From a bacterium (lineage in GTDB: Bacteria > Sysuimicrobiota > Sysuimicrobiia > Sysuimicrobiales > Humicultoraceae), in contig JBGQGY010000001.1 in the NCBI GenBank assembly GCA_041497675.1, positions 62,724 through 126,723 of the forward strand: a DNA stretch of 64,000 bases, given 5' to 3'. Position numbers and translations under genes: made by a program. This document shows, piece after piece, positions 1-9,325 of this stretch. The notes beneath the pieces were generated by a model. The model had not been told where the DNA came from and made no database searches. It saw only the letters and a list, made by a program, of their open reading frames with translations. Every line of letters begins with the position of its first letter. Position 1 is the stretch's first letter.

Positions 1-422
1 TCCTGCGCCGTGCGCGGTTCGGCGTTGCCGTGGATCTCGACGTAGAGGGGCAGGCGGGCGGTGCCCGCCGCCACCCGGACCAAGCGCACATAGGTCTCGT
101 AGGCACTTCGTGCCCGCTCGGTCAGGGGTTCGTTGGGACACATGCGCCCCGCCCCCTCGGTTGGCCGGTTGACGTTGATGCGAAGGCCGGGCGCGGTGCC
201 ACGGAAGACGATGTAGCCGGCATGAATCTGCGCCGCGGTGCTGATGGCGATCGGTGGCGTATTGATGTCATAGGTGCCGTGTGGCGCAGCGATCACGACG
301 CCGGTGGCCGATACCAGGTATTCGAACACCCCATCTGCGGTCCGCACGACCTCCTGCGCGTGCGCCGGCGCCGGGGCCAGTGTCAGCACCAGCAGCAACG
401 TCAAGACGCGCGTGGGGATCAT
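1..422 (-). CDS. Secreted protein, probable Zn-dependent hydrolase (N-formylglutamate amidohydrolase / Zn-carboxypeptidase-like fold); runs off the left edge
   Basis: Not in the ORF track. Manual translation from ATG 422 gives MIPTRVLTLLLVLTLAPAPAHAQEV (signal peptide with AHA cleavage), then IAAPHG...INVNRP...VEIHGN motifs, with no stop before position 1. Confidence 0.6.
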   Translation of the reverse strand, partial: MIPTRVLTLLLVLTLAPAPAHAQEVVRTADGVFEYLVSATGVVIAAPHGTYDINTPPIAISTAAQIHAGYIVFRGTAPGLRINVNRPTEGAGRMCPNEPLTERARSAYETYVRLVRVAAGTARLPLYVEIHGNAEPRTAQ

Positions 423-483
423 CGCACACGGCCATTCGGGTTGCGTCGTGGAAGCCCCTTCGGGTCCCGAGAGGCGGCCGCGG

Positions 484-512
484 TTGACACACGAGTGGTT
501 CGTCTCTACGAT
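484..512 (+). promoter_or_regulatory. sigma70/A promoter of the thrS leader
   Basis: TTGACA (484-489), 17 bp spacer, TACGAT (507-512). Confidence 0.8.
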
Positions 513-519
513 GGGTCGA

Positions 520-805
520 GAGTTGCGTGGACGAGGACGAGTACGTCGTACGCCGACCAACCCTGATCGCCGGGGCGTGAGAGAGGCAGGGCCGATGGCT
601 GAGAGCCCTGCCGGTCGGAACGGCGGAATACCCCCTCTGAGCAGCGCCGAACGGTCGTCGCCGACAACGATGACGCGGTAAGGCGCCGGGTGCGCCCGAG
701 ATCGCGCGGATAAGTGTCCGGCGCGCGCCGTGCACGAAGCGCGACCGGAAACGAGGGTGGAACCGCGGATGCCCGTCCCTTGAAGGGGCGGGCTGATGTG
801 TTTTC
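520..805 (+). ncRNA. T-box riboswitch (Thr) with intrinsic terminator
   Basis: AGTA motif, AGAGA bulge, GCTGAGA loop, specifier ACC (630-632), T-box AGGGTGGAACCGCG (754-767), terminator GCCCGTCCCT-TGA-AGGGGCGGGC (771-793) followed by a T-rich tail. Confidence 0.92.
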
Positions 806-819
806 TAGAGGAGGACAGG

Positions 820-2739
820 ATGGCGGAGATCAGCGTTCAACTGCCCGACGGGTCGCACCAGCAGGTGCCGGCCGGGAGCCCGGCGTCGGCGCTCGCCGAA
901 CGCCTCGGTCTGCGCGGCGTCGTGGCCGCCGTTGTGAACGGCCGGCCGCGCGATCTCGCGGCGCCGCTCGAACCCGACGCGCGCGTCGAGTTTGTGACGT
1001 TTGAGGACCCGGCGGGTCGTGAAGTCTACTGGCATTCCACGGCGCACGTGATGGCGCAGGCCGTCAAGCAGCTCTTCCCGGAGGCGAGACTCGCGATCGG
1101 GCCGCCGATCGACGACGGATTCTACTACGATTTTGATATCGGTCGGCCGTTCAGCCCCGATGACTTGGAACGCATCGAGACACGCATGCGAGAGCTCGCC
1201 GTGGCCGACCAGCGCATCGAACGCACCGAGATCCCGCGCGACGACGCGCGCCGCGAGTTCGAGTCCCGGGGCGAGGTCTACAAGCTCGAACTGCTCCGCG
1301 ATATTCCCGACGCCCGGCTGTCGTTCTATCGTCAGGACGGGTTTCAGGATATGTGCCGAGGGCCGCACCTGCCGCGCACAGGTCTGATCAAGGCGATCAA
1401 ACTCCTGTCGACGTCGGGCGCATACTGGCGGGGCGACGAGCACCAGCCGATGCTGCAACGCATCTACGGCGTCTCCTATCCTGCGCAGGACCAACTTGAC
1501 GCGCACCTGCACCGGCTCGAAGAGGCGCGGCGGCGCGATCACCGACGCATCGGGCGCGAGCTCGGTCTGTTTCAGATCCTGCCCGAAGTTGGTCCAGGTC
1601 TGCCGTTGTGGCTGCCAAAGGGCGCCACGGTACGGCGGATCATCGAACGATACATCGTCGACCTGGAGATCGCCTCGGGGTACGAGCACGTGTACAGTCA
1701 GGAGATCGCGTCCTCGCAGCTGTACAAACTCTCAGGGCATTGGGACCACTATCGCGAGAACATGTACCCGCCGATGCAGATCGACAACGAAGAACTCGTG
1801 TTGCGGCCGATGAACTGTCCGCATCACATCATGATGTACAAGCATGCTCAGCACTCGTATCGTGACCTGCCCGTCCGTATCGCCGAATTGGGCAAGGTCT
1901 ACCGGTACGAGCGGTCGGGCGTGCTGACGGGGCTGTCGCGGGTGCGCGGGATGACGATGAACGACGCGCACATCTTCATGCGCCCCGATCAGATCAAAGA
2001 CGAGATCATGGGCGTCATGCGGCTGATCCGGCAGGTCTACGCGGACTTCAAGATCGAGTCTGAGTGGTATCGGTTGTCGCTGCGGGACCCGACCGACAAG
2101 GAACACTTCATCGACAACGATGTGTTGTGGAATCTGGCGGAGGGGATGCTGCGCGACGCGCTGACGGAGATGGCTACTCCGTTCAGGGAGGCGGTCGGCG
2201 AGGCCACGTTCTACGGACCCAAGATCGATGTGCAGGTCCCGACGGCCTTGGGCAAAGATGAGACGCTCTCGACGATCCAGCTCGACTTCTTGCTGCCGGA
2301 GCGGTTCGGTCTCGAGTACATCGGCGAGGACGGCGCCGCACACCGGCCGGTCATGATCCACCGGGCGGTGACGAGCACGATGGAGCGCTGGGTGGCGCTG
2401 CTGATCGAGCAGTACGAGGGGCGGTTCCCGCTGTGGTTGGCTCCCGAGCAGGTCCGGGTCCTGCCGATCGCCGATCGTCACGCGGACTACGCGGCGCAGG
2501 TCAAGGGCCGGCTGACCGCTGCCGCGCTGCGGGCGGCGGTGGACGGCTCGAACCAGCGGATTTCCTATAAGATCCGCCAGGCGCAGGTCGAGCAAGTCCC
2601 GTACATGGCCGTGGTCGGGGATAAGGAAGCGGCGGCCGGCTCGGTCGCGGTGCGCAGCCGCTCGGCCGGCGACCTGGGACCGGTGTCACTGGAACAGTTC
2701 GTCGAACAGTTGTCGCAGGAAGTCGCCTCGAAAGCGTAG
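820..2739 (+). CDS. thrS: Threonine--tRNA ligase
   Basis: TGS N-terminus, HSTAH, DMCRGPH, LRPMNCPHH, YRYERSG, FYGPKID; ATG 820 follows SD GAGGAGG. Confidence 0.98.
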   Translation: MAEISVQLPDGSHQQVPAGSPASALAERLGLRGVVAAVVNGRPRDLAAPLEPDARVEFVTFEDPAGREVYWHSTAHVMAQAVKQLFPEARLAIGPPIDDGFYYDFDIGRPFSPDDLERIETRMRELAVADQRIERTEIPRDDARREFESRGEVYKLELLRDIPDARLSFYRQDGFQDMCRGPHLPRTGLIKAIKLLSTSGAYWRGDEHQPMLQRIYGVSYPAQDQLDAHLHRLEEARRRDHRRIGRELGLFQILPEVGPGLPLWLPKGATVRRIIERYIVDLEIASGYEHVYSQEIASSQLYKLSGHWDHYRENMYPPMQIDNEELVLRPMNCPHHIMMYKHAQHSYRDLPVRIAELGKVYRYERSGVLTGLSRVRGMTMNDAHIFMRPDQIKDEIMGVMRLIRQVYADFKIESEWYRLSLRDPTDKEHFIDNDVLWNLAEGMLRDALTEMATPFREAVGEATFYGPKIDVQVPTALGKDETLSTIQLDFLLPERFGLEYIGEDGAAHRPVMIHRAVTSTMERWVALLIEQYEGRFPLWLAPEQVRVLPIADRHADYAAQVKGRLTAAALRAAVDGSNQRISYKIRQAQVEQVPYMAVVGDKEAAAGSVAVRSRSAGDLGPVSLEQFVEQLSQEVASKA

Positions 2740-2755
2740 GTCCTCGCGCGAACAA

Positions 2756-2793
2756 CGGGCGGGGATGCCGTCGCTGGCGGCGTTCCCCGCTCG
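2756..2793 (+). terminator. Long GC-rich hairpin after thrS (no U-tract)
   Basis: CGGGCGGGGATGCCGTC-GCT-GGCGGCGTTCCCCGCTCG. Confidence 0.5.
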
Positions 2794-2842
2794 AGTGACT
2801 TGACCCCCTACAACGCCGCCGTAGTGCGCCGATCTTTGAGGT

Positions 2843-5311
2843 GTGAGAGAGAAGCTGCGCGCGGGTGCATTCGTGAACCACAAGAGTTCGGGTTACGTGG
2901 CACCGGCCGTCTGGCTCGCCGTGGCGTTCGCTGGCGGGATCGTCCTCACCGAAAACGCTCCTGACGTTTCGGGCTGGGTCTGGCCGGCGGTCGTCGGTGC
3001 GGGTCTGCTCGGCTGTTCCGGCCTGATGGTGCGAACGCGTCCTCTGGCGTTGCTTGTGGCCGTTGTGGCCTTTGGTCTCCTAGGGATGGCCGACGCGGGA
3101 TTCCACGTCGCGTCCCAGCCCACGTGGCCGCCTGCCGCCGACGGGCAGATCCTTACCGCCGCCGGCGTCGTGCGGTCTCCACCCGAACCGGCCGGGTCGG
3201 GCTGGCGCGCGGTGGTTGACCTGACCGCCATCGAGTCGGCGGCGCCGGACGCCGGCGGCGTCCGTGGATCGGTGCGGGTCGCCGGTCGCGGCGATCCGCC
3301 GCGCATCGACGTGGGGGATCGCGTGCGGCTCCGCGGTTGGTTCCGGGAGGGCCGGCCGCCGGGGAACCCCGGTGAACGCTCGGAGCGCGATGCCCTGAGG
3401 CGGCGCGGACTCTCGGGGACGATCAGCATGGGCGGCGGGTCCGTCGAGGTCATCGGGCGCGGCTCGTGGTCGGTCCAGCGCGCGATCGCCGCGATCAGAC
3501 GCCGGATCGTGGACGCCGTCATGCGCGCCCTGCCCCCGCCGGACAACGGGTTGCTGCTCAGCCTGCTGCTGGGTATCGACGGCTTCATCGCGCCCGACCT
3601 CTACCGCGAGTTCGCTCGCGCCGGGCTCGTCCACCTCATGGTGGTGTCGGGCGCGCAGGTAGCCATTGTGGCCGGCGCCGTCGCGGCCGCGGCACGGATG
3701 GGCCGGCTCTCCCGTGGAGCCTCCGCCGCGATCACCGGCGCCGGGATCGCCACGTTTGCGGTGATGGTTGGGTGGGCGCCATCCATCGGGCGCGCGGTGG
3801 TGATGGGCGCGATCGGTCTCGCCGGCGTCGTGCTTGGGCGGCCTCGTGATCGCGGCGCCACGATCGCGGCCGGCGCGTTAGTGCTGTTGGCGTTGAACCC
3901 ACCCGTGCTCTTCGACATCGGGTTTCAACTTTCGTTCGCCGCGACCTGGGGGCTGTTGTTCGCCGCCCCGGCTCTGCGCCGGCAGATCGGGGCCTGGACG
4001 GCGCCTCTTGGCCGTGTCGGCCGGCACCTGGCCGACGCCGTAAGCGTGACCCTGGGTGCGCACCTGGCCGTCACACCCCTGCTGGCCGCGCACTTCCAGA
4101 CGCTCCCGCTGGCGGGGCTCGTCGCCAACGTGCTGGCCGTGCCGCTGATCGCGGTCCTCGTGCCGGCGGGGTTTGTCCTGCTCCCGCCGGTCGTGGCTGT
4201 GGATACTGCCGGGCCGTGGCTGCTCAGTTTGCTGCGGCCGGCGCTCGCGGCCCTCTTGTGGATCACCCACGTGTTCGCGCGGTCCTCGTGGGCAGCCCTG
4301 GTCACGCCACCGGTGCCCCCCGTGATTGTCGCGGCCTGGTACGCGCTCCTGGGCGGCGGCATCGCGGTGGCCTCCGGCGGGTGGAACCTGCCGCGATGGC
4401 GGCGGACACTAGCGGCAACGGCGGGGATCGTCGTGTTCTCCGCGTGGCATCTCGGCGCGATCCATCCGCCGCCGGTGGTGATCGTCACCGCGCTCGACGT
4501 GGGTCAAGGCGACGCCATCCTCATTCAGACCCCGGGGGGCCGGACGGTCTTGATCGACGGAGGAGGTGAACCCGGCGCTGCCCGAAGCGGGTGGGACATT
4601 GGGCAGATGCGCGTCGTGCCGGCGCTGCGCCGCGCGGGGGTGCGGCGGCTGGACATCGTCCTCCTGTCGCATCCCCACGAGGACCACGTTGGAGGACTGC
4701 CTGCGGTGATGGAGAACTTCTCGGTCGGACTCGTGCTGGATCCCGGCGTCCCGCATCCATCACCGTCGTACCTGCGCCTGCTCCGCATGACCGAAGCCGG
4801 GCGGATTGCCTACCGGAAGGCCAGGGAAGGACAACGCATCGACCTGGGCGCCGGGACATGGCTGTCGATCCTGTACCCTCCAGAATTCCCTCCAACGCTG
4901 GACGGTGATCCCGTCCACGCGCGATCGGTCATGGCCCGGTTGACCTACGGGCGCACGGCGGTGCTGTTTGCGGGCGACATCGAGGGACCGGTCGAGCGAT
5001 ACCTGGTCGATCGAGGCGTCCTGCAGCAGAGTCAGGTCTTGAAAGTGGGACACCACGGCAGCAAGACGTCGACCACCCCGCTGTTGCTCGCGCACGTACG
5101 GCCGCAGATCGCGGTCATCTCCGTCGGCGCCGGCAACAGTTTCGGACACCCCCACCAGTGGACGCTCGATGCGCTGGAGGCGATCGGGGCCGTCGTCTAT
5201 CGCACCGATCACGACGGCGCGGTTCGGGTCACGAGCGACGGATCGACGGTTCGGGTGGAGACCACCCGCGCGACTGAGCAGCGAGGCGCCGGTCGTGCGC
5301 GGTTTCGTTGA
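2843..5311 (+). CDS. comEC: DNA internalization competence protein ComEC/Rec2 (start may be GTG 2873)
   Basis: HLMVVSG, GFQLSF, LDVGQGDA, SHPHEDHVGG, KVGHHGS, NSFGHP. Confidence 0.95.
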   Translation: MREKLRAGAFVNHKSSGYVAPAVWLAVAFAGGIVLTENAPDVSGWVWPAVVGAGLLGCSGLMVRTRPLALLVAVVAFGLLGMADAGFHVASQPTWPPAADGQILTAAGVVRSPPEPAGSGWRAVVDLTAIESAAPDAGGVRGSVRVAGRGDPPRIDVGDRVRLRGWFREGRPPGNPGERSERDALRRRGLSGTISMGGGSVEVIGRGSWSVQRAIAAIRRRIVDAVMRALPPPDNGLLLSLLLGIDGFIAPDLYREFARAGLVHLMVVSGAQVAIVAGAVAAAARMGRLSRGASAAITGAGIATFAVMVGWAPSIGRAVVMGAIGLAGVVLGRPRDRGATIAAGALVLLALNPPVLFDIGFQLSFAATWGLLFAAPALRRQIGAWTAPLGRVGRHLADAVSVTLGAHLAVTPLLAAHFQTLPLAGLVANVLAVPLIAVLVPAGFVLLPPVVAVDTAGPWLLSLLRPALAALLWITHVFARSSWAALVTPPVPPVIVAAWYALLGGGIAVASGGWNLPRWRRTLAATAGIVVFSAWHLGAIHPPPVVIVTALDVGQGDAILIQTPGGRTVLIDGGGEPGAARSGWDIGQMRVVPALRRAGVRRLDIVLLSHPHEDHVGGLPAVMENFSVGLVLDPGVPHPSPSYLRLLRMTEAGRIAYRKAREGQRIDLGAGTWLSILYPPEFPPTLDGDPVHARSVMARLTYGRTAVLFAGDIEGPVERYLVDRGVLQQSQVLKVGHHGSKTSTTPLLLAHVRPQIAVISVGAGNSFGHPHQWTLDALEAIGAVVYRTDHDGAVRVTSDGSTVRVETTRATEQRGAGRARFR

Positions 5312-5510
5312 CCGCATCGCCGACGGTGTCGCGGTCGTCCTGCTCGAGGGCGGCGGGCGTGCATATCTTCCGGCCGGTCATCTACCGCGTGAGACCCAGG
5401 CCGGCAGCCTCATTGAGGTGACCATTTCGGCATTGGGGCCGATGCCGGCCGGCGAGGTCGCAGACTTGATCGAGCGTCTGCAGTCAGGCGAGCACCACCA
5501 CCATGGGTAA
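5295..5510 (+). CDS. DUF3006-like small protein
   Basis: MRGFVDRIADGVAVVLLE...LP; position after comEC is typical; ends in EHHHHG. Confidence 0.75.
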   Translation: MRGFVDRIADGVAVVLLEGGGRAYLPAGHLPRETQAGSLIEVTISALGPMPAGEVADLIERLQSGEHHHHG

Positions 5511-6489
5511 CCGTCCGACGCTGATCATCGGTGAAGAAGACTTCCTGGCGGAAGAGGCGCTGGGCCGTCTGATCGGTCAGACGCTGCCCGACGAAGATCG
5601 CAGTCTCAACCTCGACGTGCTCGACGGCAGCACGCCAATCGGCGAGATCCTCACGCGGCTCGATACCGCACCGTTTTTTGGTCCTGCGCGCGTCGTCGTG
5701 GTCCGCAGGCTCGAAGCCATGCGTGAAGCCGACCACGACGCGCTGGTCGCCTATCTGGACCGAGGTGACGCCCCGACGGTCGCGCTATTTGTGGCGCGAG
5801 AGCTCGATCGTCGGCGGCGATTGTTTCTCACGTTTCGCAAGGCGGCCACGATCGTCGAGTGCCGGCCGTTGCCGCCGCGCGATCTCCCGTCGTGGGTCGC
5901 AGGCCGGTTCAAAGTGGTGGGCAAGCGCACCGCGCCGGGTGCCGCGGAGAGTCTGACGGCTCTCTCCGGCGGGAATCTGCGCGATCTCGATCACGAGGTC
6001 GCGAAGGTCGCGACCTACGTTGGTGACCGACCGGTGGTGACGATTGCCGACGTCGAGGCGATTGCCACGAGGCTTGGGGAGGCGTCCATCTTTACGCTCG
6101 TTGACGCAGTGGGCGGTCGCGACGCGGCGATGGCGCTCGTGGCGCTGAACGACATCCTCTCGACGCATGAACCGTTGCAGGTGCTGTTCATGATCGCGCG
6201 GCAATTTCGCCTGATCCTGCGCGCGCAGCAGTTGGGTGCCAAGGGCGTGCCCGCGTCGACGCTATCTGAGCAGTTGTCGATTCACCCGTTTGTCGCCAGA
6301 AAGATCAGCGAGCAGGCACGTGGGTATCGGGACCCGCAATTCCCGGGGATCTTTGTCGCCCTGGAGGGTGCCGACCGCGCCATTAAGACGGGCAGCAAGC
6401 CACGGCTGGTGCTGGAGATCTTGATTGTGCGGCTGTGTGACGCGGAGCGCGCCGGTGATCGACGCCCGCCCGCGGCCTGGGTAGGCTAG
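5503..6489 (+). CDS. holA: DNA polymerase III delta subunit
   Basis: LIIGEEDFL, TAPFFGPARVVVV, IFTLVDA, IARQFR, IHPFVA, IKTG; comEC-holA-rpsT synteny. Confidence 0.95.
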   Translation: MGNRPTLIIGEEDFLAEEALGRLIGQTLPDEDRSLNLDVLDGSTPIGEILTRLDTAPFFGPARVVVVRRLEAMREADHDALVAYLDRGDAPTVALFVARELDRRRRLFLTFRKAATIVECRPLPPRDLPSWVAGRFKVVGKRTAPGAAESLTALSGGNLRDLDHEVAKVATYVGDRPVVTIADVEAIATRLGEASIFTLVDAVGGRDAAMALVALNDILSTHEPLQVLFMIARQFRLILRAQQLGAKGVPASTLSEQLSIHPFVARKISEQARGYRDPQFPGIFVALEGADRAIKTGSKPRLVLEILIVRLCDAERAGDRRPPAAWVG

Positions 6490-6728
6490 CCTTGGGCGGC
6501 CTTCAGGCGGCGCATGAGCCGGGACTTCCGGCGCGCCGCGGTGTTCGGATGGATAATACCGTGCGCGGCTGCCTTGTCGATCGCCGCTTGCGCTTCGGGC
6601 ACCTGTTCCGCTTTTGTGTGCCCGGTCCGCAGCAGCGTTTTGATCCGCGACCTGACCCCGGCGTTCGCCTCGCGGCGCCTGGCCGACGTGCGCAGGTGTT
6701 TGAGTCCCGACTTGGTGCGTTTTGCCAC
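6486..6728 (-). CDS. rpsT: 30S ribosomal protein S20
   Basis: IDKAAAHGIIHPNTAARRKSRL; GTG 6728 with SD GGAGG. Confidence 0.97.
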   Translation of the reverse strand: MAKRTKSGLKHLRTSARRREANAGVRSRIKTLLRTGHTKAEQVPEAQAAIDKAAAHGIIHPNTAARRKSRLMRRLKAAQG

Positions 6729-6774
6729 GATGGAACCTCCCGCAGCCGCGCTCGTGACGCGGCGATCCCGCGGC

Positions 6775-6803
6775 ATTCTAGCATGTCACCCCGGCAGGGA
6801 CAA
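6775..6803 (-). promoter_or_regulatory. rpsT promoter
   Basis: Minus strand TTGTCC, 17 bp spacer, TAGAAT with TG extension. Confidence 0.65.
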
Positions 6804-6826
6804 GCGCTGATCGGACTCCGGCACCC

Positions 6827-8389
6827 ATGACGGGCACCGTGCGTCTGGCTCGCGCCGCGACGCTGCTGGCCGCCGCGACGGTCGCGAGCCGCGCGCTGGG
6901 ACTCGTGCGGGAGGTGGTGGTAGCGGCCCTCTTCGGCGCATCGGACGCCAAGGCCGCCTACGTCATTGGGTACTACGTCCCATTCTTCGTGCAGAGGCTC
7001 CTGATCGGCGGCACGCTCAGCATCGTGCTGATTCCGACGCTGGCCGATGTCATCGCGCGTCGCGACGAGGAAGAGTTAGGCCGCGTCACGTCCTACCTGT
7101 TTACCGCGGTCGTCCTCCTGGGCGTGGTGATGGTGGCCGTGGGGGAGCTGGTCGCGCCGTGGCTCATCCAGCTGGCGGCGCCGGGTTTTGCGGCGCGTCC
7201 CGGACAGTTCGAGCTGACCACCTCGCTCACACGGATCAACTTCCTGGCGATGTTCTTTCTGGCGCTCGCCATTTTTGCGACCGCCTACCTGCAGGCCCTG
7301 CAGCGGTTTGTGGCTCCCGCGATCGCGCCGCTCGTGTTCAACGTGGTGACGATCGCCGGCACGGTGTGGTTGGGGCCTCGTTTGGGGATCGTCGGGCTGG
7401 CGGTCGCCTGGGTGGCGGGAGCGGCGGCGCAGTTCCTGGCGCAGGCCCCCGCGCTGTATCGTCAAGGTTTTCGGTTTCATCTGGCGCTTGCCTGGAATCA
7501 CCCGGCCATCAGGACGGTGGGCCGTCTTGCGTTGCCCGCGATGTTCGGCCTCGCCATCGTAGAGATCAACGCCTACGTCGACAGGCTGTTCGCGTCGTTG
7601 CTGTCCCCGACACCCGGTGTCAACGCCGTCGCGGCGCTCGACTACGCATTCGAAGTCGTGCAGGCGCCCGTGGGCATCCTGGCGATCTCAGTCGCCACTG
7701 TGCTTTTCCCCGGGATGAGCCAGATCGCCGCCGCAGGGGATCGCGTGAAGCTCAGACAGACCACGTCGCTGGGGCTGCGTAGCCTGCTGTTGGTGGTGGT
7801 GCCCGTGTCCGCCGCGTTGGTCGGTTTCGCGCGGCCGCTCGTGGAGCTCGTCTTCCAGCGAGGGGAGTTCGGGCCCGCGGCGACAACAACGGTGGCCGAC
7901 TGTCTGGCCGCGTTTGCCGTCGGGCTGGTGCCCATGGCCATCTACTACGTGATCACGCGAACGTTCTACGCCATGCAGGACATGCGCACGCCGGTGACCA
8001 TTGGCGCGGCGATGATCGCGCTCAACGCTATCCTCGACTACGTCTTGATGCAGGTGATGGGCGTGGCCGGCGTCGCGCTGGCCACGGCCCTGGTGACGTT
8101 TGTCAACGTGGGTCTGCTGATCGCCGCGCTGCAGCGGCGCGTCGGAGGGCTGGAAGGCCGGCGGATCGCCTCCACCGCGGCGCGCGTGATCCTCGCGACC
8201 GGGGTGGCGTTTGGGGCCGCGGTCCTCGTCTTGCGGGTCGTGCAGGCGGGGCCCGCGTCAACGATGCTCGACCGGCTGCTCGTCCTCGGCACCGGAATGG
8301 GGACGGCCGCCATCACCTATCTGGCGGCGTGTGTCCTGCTGCGGGTGGAGGAATTGAGCCTCTTGAAAGACCTGATCCGCCGGCGCTGA
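6827..8389 (+). CDS. murJ: Lipid II flippase MurJ/MviN
   Basis: SRALGLVRE..AALFGA, LFP.MS, LVFQRGEF, RTFYAMQDMRTP; polytopic membrane protein. Confidence 0.93.
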   Translation: MTGTVRLARAATLLAAATVASRALGLVREVVVAALFGASDAKAAYVIGYYVPFFVQRLLIGGTLSIVLIPTLADVIARRDEEELGRVTSYLFTAVVLLGVVMVAVGELVAPWLIQLAAPGFAARPGQFELTTSLTRINFLAMFFLALAIFATAYLQALQRFVAPAIAPLVFNVVTIAGTVWLGPRLGIVGLAVAWVAGAAAQFLAQAPALYRQGFRFHLALAWNHPAIRTVGRLALPAMFGLAIVEINAYVDRLFASLLSPTPGVNAVAALDYAFEVVQAPVGILAISVATVLFPGMSQIAAAGDRVKLRQTTSLGLRSLLLVVVPVSAALVGFARPLVELVFQRGEFGPAATTTVADCLAAFAVGLVPMAIYYVITRTFYAMQDMRTPVTIGAAMIALNAILDYVLMQVMGVAGVALATALVTFVNVGLLIAALQRRVGGLEGRRIASTAARVILATGVAFGAAVLVLRVVQAGPASTMLDRLLVLGTGMGTAAITYLAACVLLRVEELSLLKDLIRRR

Positions 8390-8451
8390 CTATCGGGAGT
8401 CTGCGCGGCGGCCGGAGCGTGGGCCCTGTGGATCGGTCGCGGACAGTTTTC

Positions 8452-8481
8452 TTGACACCCGAAAATCGCCGGTGATACGCT
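8452..8481 (+). promoter_or_regulatory. sigma70/A promoter of the hrcA operon
   Basis: TTGACA (8452-8457), 18 bp spacer, TACGCT (8476-8481) with TG extension. Confidence 0.75.
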
Positions 8482-8488
8482 TTGAGCG

Positions 8489-8515
8489 TTAGCACTCTCG
8501 AGCGGAGAGTGCCAA
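8489..8515 (+). promoter_or_regulatory. CIRCE operator (HrcA binding site)
   Basis: TTAGCACTC-N9-GAGTGCCAA, one mismatch to the consensus. Confidence 0.95.
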
Positions 8516-8534
8516 CCGTAGGGGGCAAACGGGA

Positions 8535-9325
8535 ATGGTGGAGCTCGACGAACGCAAGCGAGCGATCCTGTGCGCCGTCGTGGAGGAGTACACGCGGTCG
8601 GCGGAGCCGGTGGGGTCAGAGCACCCGCTGGTCCGTGACCGGCTGCGCGTCAGCCCTGCCACAATCCGAAGCGCGATGGCCGGGTTGGAGGAGATGGGGC
8701 TCCTGACGCATCCTCACACGTCCGCCGGGCGCATGCCCACCGATCGCGGATACCGAACCTACGTCGACATGCTCCTCGACGGCGAGCCATTGTCGTCCCC
8801 TGACCGACAAACGATTCGCCGCAAGATTGACGACGTGGCGGCCGAACCGACCGGTGCCGCAGGGCAGGCGGCGCGGGTCCTGGCCTCGGTGACCCAGTAC
8901 CCGTCGGTCGTCGCGTCCCCTGGTTTGCAGAACCAGATCTTTCGCTCGCTTCACCTCGTGCCCTTCGGGGCGCGGAAAGTGCTCGCCGTCATTGCGACCA
9001 ACTCGGGCACGTTGCGGGGGCAGGCACTCGATCTGCCCGACGACGTGGAGCCGGAAGACCTCGAGCGGCTCTCCGGCGAGATTGCGCGCTGGCCGAGGTG
9101 CTGGCCGGCGCGCCGCGACAGGGGCTGTGGATCTCAACTGGAGCCGAGAACCGTTGCGAGGAACTGCAGGCCTGCAGCCTGATCATGGCCGCCTTTGAGT
9201 GTGGTGATCAGATGGTCGGCACCGTGGGCATCGTCGGCCCGACGCGGATGCGGTACCGTCAGGCCCTGACCGCCGTGCGCTACGTGGCCGATCGACTCAG
9301 CCAGGTGCTGCGAGTCCTTGAGTAG
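8535..9325 (+). pseudogene. hrcA: Heat-inducible repressor HrcA with an internal deletion and frameshift near 9088
   Basis: N-terminus ELDERKRAIL...SPATIRS.M...PHTSAGR.PT..GYR; C-terminus LAEVL...GAEN..EELQACSLI...GIVGPTRMRY lies in another frame (9089-9325); about 262 codons in total versus about 340 typical. Confidence 0.85.

Noticed and set aside
30..735. ORF-track ORFs over the thrS leader
   Set aside because: They overlap the T-box RNA and the real minus-strand gene, and have non-protein-like composition
5490..5510. His4 tail of the DUF3006 protein as an engineered tag or metal site
   Set aside because: Only four His, overlapping the holA start; insufficient evidence
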